From contig NC_042997.1 of assembly GCF_006345805.1 (NCBI RefSeq), positions 43,090,001 through 43,154,000 of the forward strand: a DNA stretch of 64,000 nt, written 5' to 3'. Origin of the DNA: Octopus sinensis (lineage: Eukaryota). Position numbers and translations under genes: made by a program. The notes beneath the pieces are model-generated. The model had not been told where the DNA came from. It saw only the letters and a list, made by a program, of their open reading frames with translations, and did no database searches. The first letter of the stretch is position 1, and every line of letters begins with the position of its first letter. This document shows, in pieces, positions 27,060 to 36,799 of the stretch.

Positions 27060-27430
27060 ATATTTACAATGTTCAGCCGCTAAAAACCGAACGGGTTAAA
27101 GATGGCGTCCGGAACAGGGAAGATGAATGTGGTCGGCAACAATTTGGTTAAAAGCTTTCGGCCGACTGCTATCAAAGCTGGACAGCGAGAAAAATATACG
27201 TCCGTCGCCTTCGGTCGCTGCCGTCCCAAGTCCCCGCTGACTGCTGCTAGTGGTCAAACGTTCTACGACCCTCTTGCCTCGCTAACTGCTACGTAGGCAA
27301 AAGGGTTCTTCTTCCGGTGCTTCACGCATGCGCGAGAGGGCCCTTCCTTTCTGTGCCTTGGTGAAGGCACCAACACTCGCACGCGCGAAATAGAAAATGG
27401 ACGGTGCGCGCGCGCGCACCGTTATAGGGT
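27060..27430. promoter_or_regulatory. CpG-rich promoter-like island
   Basis: CpG-dense patch in AT-rich surroundings with YY1-like AAGATGGCG (about 27099), ETS-like CTTCCGG (about 27311), NRF1-like GCATGCGC (about 27326), E2F-like GCGCGAAA (about 27383) and a 22-bp palindrome at 27401-27422. Confidence 0.45.
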
Positions 27431-27853
27431 CACTACACTTTCAAGGAGGTGTTCCAGCATGGCCGCGGTCCAATGACTGAAACAAAAGGTAAAAGACAAA
27501 GTATGCTTTTTCAGTTTCTCTGCTTTTACTCTATACTAAGTCATTATCCGTCACTACGCTGCCGGTGAAAATATTTGTTAATTATGTACGTACCTTCATA
27601 AATTCTTCAAAGTGAAAGTCATTTTTAAAGTCTGTGTTGCGTTGTCTATATGTTGAAAGACACAGAAACACCCCCCTCTCTCTCTCTCTCTTACTGTATT
27701 TCTTTTTCCACAACTTTTTCTCCTCCCCCTTTTCCCTTCCCCAAACATGTGACAGACGGACAGCGGAGATCAGCTTCCTTTTTATAATGTAAGATTCTTC
27801 AATTTATTGCGTCAAAAGTTTTTATCCTCATTAACTTAACGAAATATACAATA

Positions 27854-28025
27854 GGCGCAGGAGTGGCTGTGTGGTAAGTAGCTTGCTAACCAACCACATG
27901 GTTCCGGGTTCAGTCTCACTGCGTGGCATCTTGGGCAAGTGTCTTTTGCTATAGCCCCGGGCCGACCAATGCTTTGTGAGTGGATTTGGTAGACGGAAAC
28001 TGAAAAGAAGCCCATCGTATATATG

Positions 28026-28056
<31 letters not shown>

Positions 28057-28262
28057 TTGTGTGTCTGTGTTTGTCCCCCTAGCATTGCTTGACAACCAAT
28101 GCTGGTGTGTTTACGTCCCCGTCACTTAGCGGTTCGGCAAAAAAGAGACCGATAGAATAAGTACTGGACTTACAAAGAATAAGTCCCGGTGTCGATTTGC
28201 TCGACTAAAGGCGGTGCTCCAGCATGGCTGCAGTCAAATGAATGAAACAAGTAAAAGAGAGA
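27854..28262 (+). mobile_element. SINE family B
   Basis: Full head, TA/TG core and GTAAAAGA tail. Confidence 0.88.
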
Positions 28263-28467
28263 ATGTGCCTCTCAGTTTGTTCAAATTCTTCACCGATTTG
28301 AATATCTCGTTTTTATGTTTGGTTTTGTTTTTAATTTATTCCTATTGATTTTTTAATTCCATTTCTTTTCTTTTGTTCTATGTCTACTGTGCCAATTCCT
28401 TTGTTTTCAATTAACTTTCACATTTTGATTGTATTCATTAATTATCACATTGAGTTATAAGTCATAT

Positions 28468-28678
28468 ACTCTTTGCTCTCTTTTACTTGTTTCAGTCATT
28501 TGACTGCGGCCATGCTGGAGCACTGCCTTTAGTCGAGCAAATCGACCCCGGGATTTATTCTTTGTAAGCCCAGTACTTATTCTATCGGTATCTTTTGCCG
28601 AACCGCTAAGTTACGGGGACGTAAACACACCAGCATCGGTTGTCAAGCAATGCTAGGGGGACAAACACAGACACACAA

Positions 28679-28721
<43 letters not shown>

Positions 28722-28886
28722 TACGACAGGCTTCTTTCAGTTTCCGTCTACCAAATTCACTCACAAGGCATTGGTCGACCCAGGGCTATAGCAGAAGACA
28801 CTTGCCCAAGATGCCACTAAGTGGGACTGAACCCGGAACCATGTGGTTGGTTAGCAAGCTACTTACCACACAGCCACTCCTGCGCC
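28468..28886 (-). mobile_element. SINE family B
   Basis: Full reverse copy; tail-to-tail with 27854-28262. Confidence 0.88.
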
Positions 28887-29630
28887 TTTGTGTAACTTGT
28901 TGCAAGCTGTCCACATAGCTTTAAAAAATAAGCGGTAATTTCTTCTAATTGAAGTAGGTGAAAGCTAGGTGCCACAACTCACACTCTTCACTTAGTGTTT
29001 GTATATGTAAAAAAAAAAAAATGGGTGGTATTTGGCAGCAGTTATGTAAATATGTCCTGTCTGTCTGTTTCCCTCCCTCTCCTTTCTCTCTCTTCCTTAG
29101 TTATAGTAACAGAAAGATTAAAAAATTTTATGCTGTTTAAACTGTTTTCTTTAGTTTATATAGTATATTGTAACAAACGCTCTATCCATACATTTTCAGT
29201 TTCTCCTTATGAAAGTTTTAACAATTGTCAAAATACAGGCGTGGAAGTTCATCTTGCCATGGGTACCAGTAGTCCTGGGGCGGACCCTACTTTCAAGGTT
29301 TTCTGTAACCCAAAACTGCAGCCGATCCTTTTGATTGCTTGTCAAAAGAATGTCAACCAACTTTGAAACCTTTCTGCCATGAACCAGTGGCGTAGCTAAT
29401 AGGGGAGCATATTTTTCAATATTGGCACCTATTTAACAATTATTTTTTAAACTCTTTAATTAATTTGTGCAATAAAAGTCGAATCTTATTTTATTGTTTT
29501 GCTTATTGTAATGGCCTTGGAAAAAAAACGTTCTGTAGTCATTACTTTATTTGACCAACTTCCCGTGTTTTTGAACTGTTTGCTCAATCTCCCATGAAGT
29601 GTTGGTGGCCACTGACATCCGAAGAATCAA

Positions 29631-29705
29631 AACAAATCCTGACATCATAACAAATCCTGACATCATAACAAATGCTGACATCATAACAAATCCTGACATC
29701 ATAAC
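29631..29705. repeat. 18-bp minisatellite, 4 copies
   Basis: aacaaatcctgacatcat x4 with one substitution. Confidence 0.9.
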
Positions 29706-29763
29706 CTCTCGATACTGGACGATCCCGTGGGGTTTCCTCTTTTTCACGTTACACCTATACCAT

Positions 29764-30181
29764 TACTCTTTACTCTTTTACTCTTTTACTTGTTTCAGTC
29801 ATTTGACTGCGGCCATGCTGGAGCACCGCCTTTAGTCGAGCAAATCGACCCCGGGACTTATTCTTTGTAAGCCCAGTACTTATTCTATCGGTCTCTTTTG
29901 CCGAACCGCTAAGTGACGGGGACGTAAACACACCAGCATCGGTTGTCAAGCAATGCTAGGGGGACAAACACAGACACACAAACACATACACACACACATA
30001 TATATATATACATATATACGACAGGCTTCTTTCAGTTTCCGTCTACCAAATCCACTCACAAGGCATTGGTCGGCCCAGGGCTATAGCAGAAGACACTTGC
30101 CCTAGATGCCATGCAGTGGGACTGAACCTGGAACCATGTGGTTGGTTAGCAAGCTACTTACCACACAGCCACTCCTGCGCC
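29764..30181 (-). mobile_element. SINE family B
   Basis: Full reverse copy with (TACTCTTT)n tail. Confidence 0.88.
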
Positions 30182-30249
30182 TATTAGTTGTAAGTTTCAT
30201 ACATAATAACAGGAAAGATGGAATTAATGAATGTAGAATACAATTAAAG

Positions 30250-30580
30250 GGTAAAGACCCCATTCGGTCATGAATGACCATGATATGTACCTAGAAAGTT
30301 GCCCTCCGAGGCACAAGTCTGGGCAAGGTTGCTTATGGAAGACCAGCAGTCGCCCATGCATACCAGCCTCTTCTCTCCATGCCACTGATGTTGTCCAAGA
30401 GAAAGGCAAAGGGGCCGATACAGCTTGGCACCTGTGACGTTGCAACTAATTTCTACAGTTGAGTGAACTGGAACAATATGAAATAAAGTATCTTGTTCAA
30501 GAACACAACACACAGCCTGGTCTGGGAATCGAACTCACAACCTCATGATTGTGAGCCCGACGCTCTAACCACTGAGCCAT
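30250..30580 (-). mobile_element. SINE family C
   Basis: Homologous to 12456-12790. Confidence 0.8.
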
Positions 30581-30865
30581 TATAATTAATGAAATATTTT
30601 TCGTAATACAAGAGAAATGAGTTAAACATGGAATGGTTTGTGCCATGGCGCCTTTTTTTAGTCCCCTAACTATTAAACCAAGCTACGCGTCTACTATGAA
30701 CCATAAGGAGGAACCATCACCCTAATCAATCATAAAGGATTTTAAGTAGTTCTTCCGTGGAGAGATCCTATACATTTACTACTTGTTTTGCAACCAGTTC
30801 TATCCTGCGTATACTAGGTAAATCTCTCCCCCAAAACCAACACTTTTTATTCTTACACTTTCACT

Positions 30866-31034
30866 ATTTATTTCTTTACTACGCACAAGGTGCTAAACAC
30901 AGAGGGGACAAACAAGGACAGACAAACAGATTAAGCCAATTACATCGACCCCAGTGCGTAACTGGTACTTAATTTATCGACCCCGAAAGGATGATAGGCA
31001 AAGTCGACCTCGGCGGAATTTGAACTCAGAACGT
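30866..31034 (-). mobile_element. SINE family D (5'-truncated)
   Basis: Reverse of GAGTTCAAATTCCGCCGAGGTCGACTTTGCC..TCATCCTTTCGGGGTCGATAAATTAAGTACCAG; same family as 60787-61325. Confidence 0.8.
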
Positions 31035-31102
31035 GTGCGATCACTTCATACTTGCAAGTTCACCGGCACGGCAATATCCTTTCCGTTGCCCTTAACTATC
31101 CT

Positions 31103-31383
31103 GCCAATCTCATCAACCTTTCTTCCCCCAACTCTCTCTCTCTCTCTCAATCTCATCAACCTTTGCCAATCTCATCAACCTTTCTTTGCCAATCTCATCT
31201 TTGCCAATCTCATCAACCTTTCTTCCCCCAACTCTCTCTCTCTCTCTCAATCTCATCAACCTTTGCCAATCTCATCAACCTTTCTTTGCCAATCTCATCT
31301 TTGCCAATCTCATCAACCTTTCTTCCCCCAACTCTTTGCCAATCTCATCAACCTTTCTTCCCCCAACTCTCTCTCTCTCTCTC
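31103..31383. repeat. Minisatellite with an exact 100-bp higher-order period inside a LINE RT relic
   Basis: 31103-31202 and 31203-31302 are identical and built from gccaatctcatcaaccttt subunits. Flanks read PLTIL.. and LTGC..DLWK.AIVSPIPKK with frameshifts. Confidence 0.8.
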
Positions 31384-31805
31384 ACTGGATGTATTACGAT
31401 CTCTGGAAATAAAGCAATAGTGTCTCCCATTCCCAAGAAAGCAACATCTCTAATTCTACCATCATCCTCTAAGCACTCACTTCTATCATCTCAAAAGTGA
31501 GGCATTAAAGGTAACATTTTAAAAACTTTCCTTAATGAGCCCCTTGTACGAATTCCACGAGGCTAGATATATATACAAGTACCTACTCTCCTAAATAACT
31601 CACAAGTGCGTCTTCATCATAAAATTTGATGAAAACCAAAGTGATATTGCCTTTATTATTCAGTGTTTGTTACAGAAAGTAATTTATTAAAATTAAAGTG
31701 AAAACTAATTACCGTAACTCACATTCTCCAAAACATTACAAAACATAAGACTGTATCTGGCACTAATAATCTAGAAAAGTCTAGAAGACTTGATGACACT
31801 AATAT

Positions 31806-32017
31806 ATATTTCTTTATTGCCCACAAGGGGCTAAACATAGAGGGGACAAACAAAGACAGACAAAGGGATTTAGTTGATTACATTGACCCCAGTGCGTAAC
31901 TGGTACTTTATTTATCAACCCCGAAAGGATGAAAGGCAAAGTCAACCTCGGCTGAATTTGAACTCAGAACGTAGCGACAGACGAAATACCGGTAAGCATT
32001 TCGCCTGGCGCGCCGCC
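31806..32017 (-). mobile_element. SINE family D
   Basis: Reverse copy including most of the tRNA-like head. Confidence 0.8.
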
Positions 32018-32019
32018 TT

Positions 32020-32407
32020 TCATGACATTAATACAGACATGAACTGCAGCCTGGGACTTGTGACCGCTATATCACACTTTGAAGGCTGTGCATTTGTAAT
32101 CTAAGAGCAAGAGATTACTACAATATATCTCATATATAAGAAACAGTAAAGCCCTTCAACCCGAAGATCTAACGGAAAATGTCTGTTAACTCACATTTCT
32201 GTGGAAGACATCGACATGTGATCAGCAGCCGCTCAAACATATCATCAAGATACTACTTATACATGCAATGTGACGTTGTCGCTTAAACAATAAACAATGC
32301 CATCCGAAGAAAAAGAAAAAAAAACTGTGCAGGGATAATGTACAGAATCCTCTTGTTATTGAAACACCAATGCTAGGAATATTAGTAGAAGATTCCTATC
32401 AAAACTC
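32020..32407 (+). pseudogene. R4/Dong-like LINE C-terminal relic
   Basis: Relic translation SHFEGCAFVI*EQEITT and VEDI-HVISSRSNISSRYYLYMQCDVVA*TINNAIR aligns with SHFKGYAFSIQE and TEDITHIISSCPKMSSRYYLPMRHDIVARTLFNEIR of the 62809-64000 element. Confidence 0.7.
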
Positions 32408-32452
32408 TCCAAGTACAAACATAACATGCCAGTTATCGTTTGGGACAGATAA

Positions 32453-32615
32453 GGCGCAGGAGTGGCTGTGTGGTAAGTAGCTTGCTAAACAACCACATGG
32501 TTCCGGGTTCAGTCCCACTGCGTAGCACCTTAGGCAAGTGTCTTCTGCTATAGCCTCGGGCCGACCAATGCCTTGTGAGTGGATTTGGTAGACGGAAACT
32601 GAAAGAAGCCTGTCG

Positions 32616-32664
<49 letters not shown>

Positions 32665-32878
32665 TTGTGAGTCTGTGTTTTTGTCCCCCTAGCATTGCTT
32701 GACAACCGATGCTGGTGTGTTTACGTCCCCGTAACTTAGCGGTTCGGCAAAAGAGACCGATAGAATAAGTACTGGGCTTACAAAGAATAAGTCCTGGGGT
32801 CGATTTGCTCGACTAAAAGGCAGTGCTCCAGCATGGCCGCAGTCAAATGACTGAAACAAGTAAAAGAGTAAAGAGTAA
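32453..32878 (+). mobile_element. SINE family B
   Basis: Full copy. Confidence 0.88.
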
Positions 32879-33183
32879 GGAAAAATATGTACCATTATAG
32901 AAATCAGTTGCCCTGCTGATATAAATATCTTTTCGAAAATCAAAGAGAAATACGATAATTACGGGCAGCTACTTTAAAACTTTCAAATTTTCATATATAC
33001 CAATGATAATTAGTTTACTTGGTTTTTGTTAGAAATGCTTGAGTGACAATCTGGAAGAGCTAAAGTTTTCAAAAACAGAAACCAACCAGCTAACACGCAC
33101 ATTACAAATACGAGTTGCATTTCAGAAGTTTTCAAAGTATTTTCAAACTATTTTAGTTTTAGTAAGTCATTACTATACATTAA

Positions 33184-33551
33184 GTGGAGGCGCAATGGCC
33201 CAGTGGTTAGGGCAGCGGATTCGCGGTCATAGGATCGCGGTTTCGATTCCCAGACCAGGCGTTGTGAGTGTCTATTGAGCGAAAACACCTAAAAGCTCCA
33301 CGAGGCTCCGGCAGGGGATGGTGGTGATCCCTGCTGTACTCTTTCACCACAACTTTCTCTCACTCTTTCTTCCTGTTTCTCTTGTACACTCTTGTCACAC
33401 TCTGTGTCACACTGAATCTCCCTGAGAACTACATTAGGGGTACACGTGTCTGTGGAGTGCTCAGCCACTTGCACGTTAATTTCACGAGCAGGCTGTTCCA
33501 TTGATCGTATCAGCTGGGGACCCTCGTCGTCGTAACAGATGGAGTGCTCCT
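33184..33551 (+). mobile_element. SINE family A (internal deletion)
   Basis: A/B boxes present; TSD ttactatacat (33170-33180, 33552-33562). Confidence 0.87.
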
Positions 33552-33719
33552 TTACTATACATCTAATAAGCTGAACTGTCAGCTTTTGCTATTCCAGACT
33601 GGAGGAAACGGCCATAAGAGTACTTTGATCACACCCTCCTAAACACTACTTGTCACAGCTGACTAGTTTGCAGAATGCAGTCGGGACGTCAAGACAATTT
33701 AGAAACTCGCTAAGCAATA

Positions 33720-33884
33720 GGCGTAGGAGTGGCTGTGTGGTAAGTAGCTTGCTTACCAACCACATGGTTCCGGTGTCAGTCCCACTGCGTGGCACCTTGG
33801 GCAAGTGTCTTCTACTATAGCTTCGGGCCGACCAAAGCCTTGTGAGTGGTTTTGGTAGATGGAAACTGAAAGAAGCCCGTCGTA

Positions 33885-33921
<37 letters not shown>

Positions 33922-34238
33922 ATGATCATCATCATCATTTAGTGTCTGTTCTCCATGCTAGCATGGGTTGGACGGTTCAACTGGGGTCTGTGAAGCTGGA
34001 AGGCTCATCAGCCCAGTCAGATCTGGCAGTGTTTCTACTACGGCTGGATGCCCTTCCTAACACCAACCACTCCGTGAGTGTAGTGGGTGCTTTTTACGTG
34101 CACCCCGCACAGGTGCCAGACAGAACTGGCAAACGGTGCTTTTACGTGTCACCGGCACGGGGCCAGGTGAGGCTGGCAACGGACACGAACGGATGGTGCT
34201 TTTACGTGTCACCAACACGGGGGCCAGACAGAGCTGGC

Positions 34239-34294
<56 letters not shown>

Positions 34295-34508
34295 GTGTAC
34301 ATGTTTGTGTGTCTGTGTTTGTCCCCTCAACATTGCTTGACAACCGATTCTGGTGTGTTTACGTCCCCATAACTTAGCGGTTCGGCAAAAGAGACCGATA
34401 GAATAAGTACTAAGCTTACAAAGAATAAGTCCTGGGGTCGATCTGCTCGACTAAAGGCGGTACTCCAACATGGCCACAGTCAAATGACTGAACAAGTAAA
34501 AGAGTAAA
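33720..34508 (+). mobile_element. SINE family B with an antisense RTE 3' UTR nested in its TA tract (about 33917-34238)
   Basis: Head, then (TA)n, a reverse RTE tail, (TA)n(TG)n resumes, then the family-B tail. An extra tail piece follows at about 34580-34656. Confidence 0.85.
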
Positions 34509-35217
34509 AAGATGGAATTAGTTTACCAGTTTGTAAGTGAGGCACACAATAGTAACAGTTTTGTAACTGGATGTTGGGGTCCCGGGGTTGAGTTGCTTGA
34601 TTAAAGGCAGTGCTCCAGCATGGCCGCAGTCAAATGACTGAAACAAGTAAAAGAGTATGTCCGAGATAGGAAGCTGCACGCTAGGGAGAGAGAGCACAGT
34701 GGTTCACACAGTACCGATCCTGGTGTGATGGTGAAAAATAGTGTTTCCTTTTGTCTGTGCGTGTGTTGTGCTTTAAAATGTGTTTATATTATTGAATGTG
34801 ACAAAGTGTAGAATTAGATTATTATCCTGCTTCCAGCTTCAGTGTTGCTGCAAGGATTTACAAAATTGGGCAGACCCTTTTTAGAAAAACAAGGGGTAAT
34901 TCATGGCAGTGTTCAATAAACAAATTAAACACATTACCCGGCAGTGGCTAAAACGCGAACCGATCAAGTTTATGTATAAATTTTCTTTTTATATGTTTGT
35001 TTCCTTTTACACAATATTAAAAAGAAAACGGCTAAAAAATTTCTGAAGCAGCACCCCAACTAATTCTATCTACCAGCCACCACTGATGCATGCATGCATG
35101 CATGCATGCTACATACATACATACATACTAATACATACATACAATACAATATATAGTATATATATTATATGTATATATATATATATATATATAATATATA
35201 TTATATTATATATATAT

Positions 35218-35407
35218 GTAGGTCCCGGGTTGATTCGGGGTTAACCACAGTAAATAAGGTTCAATACATAGCAGAGTAAAATTAATTTATTATATAGAAG
35301 GAGCTTCTACAGGACTAGAACTGTTTTTATTCAAGAGAAATCATCAGGAAGCTCCTGATGATTTCTCTTGAATGAAACAGTTCTAGTCCTGTAGAGGCTC
35401 CTTCTAT

Positions 35408-35408
<1 letters not shown>
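35218..35408. mobile_element. Penelope-like fragment ending in a 116-bp palindrome
   Basis: Arms 35293-35349 and 35353-35408 differ at only 2-3 positions, with a 3-nt loop. Flanked by (TA)n on both sides. Contains a hammerhead motif, as Penelope-like pseudo-LTRs commonly do. Confidence 0.55.
35347..35401 (+). ncRNA. Candidate type I hammerhead ribozyme
   Basis: GGAAGCUC-CUGAUGA-UUUC(UCUU)GAAU-GAA-ACAG(UUCUAGUC)CUGU-A-GAGGCUCC. Intact CUGAUGA and GAAA core, 4-bp stem III, GUA triplet, 6 of 8 pairs in stem I. Stem II has 3 bp closed by a non-canonical U.U. Confidence 0.55.
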
Positions 35409-35497
<89 letters not shown>

Positions 35498-35504
35498 TTA
35501 TATA

Positions 35505-35542
<38 letters not shown>

Positions 35543-35674
35543 CTATATTTATATATATTATATATATATATATATATAAATATATATTTATTTATATATA
35601 TATCTATATAATATCTATATAATATATCTATATTATATATAAATATATATTTATTTATATATATATATAATATG

Positions 35675-35941
35675 TACTTGATACTTTGATACTTTGATAG
35701 GTTTCGGCCATTATTGGCCCAGGCCATGTCTAACTTAATAGCACCACCTGGTGAGTCTTTCAAGTCAGAATTTGGGCACTATGGCCCACTCAAGTAGAGA
35801 GTTTTGTTTACAGAGACATATCCGGGTGTAGGGGGTTTATCCGGGATTTCTTGAAGGAATCTGTCAAAGACTTCTTGAACCCTATAGGGTCAGTTTTCTG
35901 TTTTAATGTGTTTTTGGTGTAATGTTAAAGAGAGCGGGGCC
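35675..35941 (-). mobile_element. 5'-truncated CR1-like LINE 3' end
   Basis: GPALFNITPKHIK relic plus the same 3' UTR as 41415-42094; tail (TATCAAAG)n; inserted in (TA)n. Confidence 0.8.
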
Positions 35942-35973
35942 AATATATATATATACTATTTATAATATATATC

Positions 35974-36007
<34 letters not shown>

Positions 36008-36010
36008 TGT

Positions 36011-36053
<43 letters not shown>

Positions 36054-36056
36054 TGT

Positions 36057-36087
<31 letters not shown>

Positions 36088-36660
36088 ATATAATAATAAA
36101 TATATATATATATATATATATAAAATACATATAAATAAATATTATATATATAATATATATATATATATAAATAAATATATATAATATAATATATATATAT
36201 ATATATATATATAAATATATATCAATAAATATATATATATATATATATATATAAATATATATAAATACATATATATATATAATATATATATATAAATAAT
36301 CTATAAATAAATATATATATATATATATAAATATATATAAATAAATATATATATATATATATAAATAAATAAATATATATATATTATATATATATATATA
36401 AATAAATATATATATATATCTAATATATATATAAATAAATATATATATATATATACATATTTATTTATATATATATATATATACATATATATATAATATA
36501 TATATAATATCTATATATATATTATACTATAATATATATATACATATTTATTTATATATATATATATACATCTTATTTTATATATCTATTATATACACTA
36601 TATATATATATATCTATATATATATATATACTATTTATTTAATATCTATATATATATATC

Positions 36661-36692
<32 letters not shown>

Positions 36693-36746
36693 ACATATTA
36701 TTTATATATATATATATATATACATATATCTTATAATATATATATA

Positions 36747-36777
<31 letters not shown>

Positions 36778-36799
36778 TATATATATATATATACACACC

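Larger units (their letters stand above)
35130..36795. repeat. Long degenerate (TA)n microsatellite field
   Basis: About 1.2 kb of near-pure A/T dinucleotide repeat interrupted by two inserts. Further (TA)n tracts at 38211-38226, 40121-40212 and 41129-41414. Confidence 0.95.

Noticed and set aside
27102-27296. 64-aa ORF starting at AAGATGGCG
   Set aside because: No recognisable domain or convincing splice donor; the ATG is part of a YY1-like motif. Kept only as a promoter-like region.
27401-27436. 22-bp GC palindrome as a Helitron terminator, or CACTAC as a CACTA end
   Set aside because: No CTRR at the expected distance on either strand and no matching second terminus.
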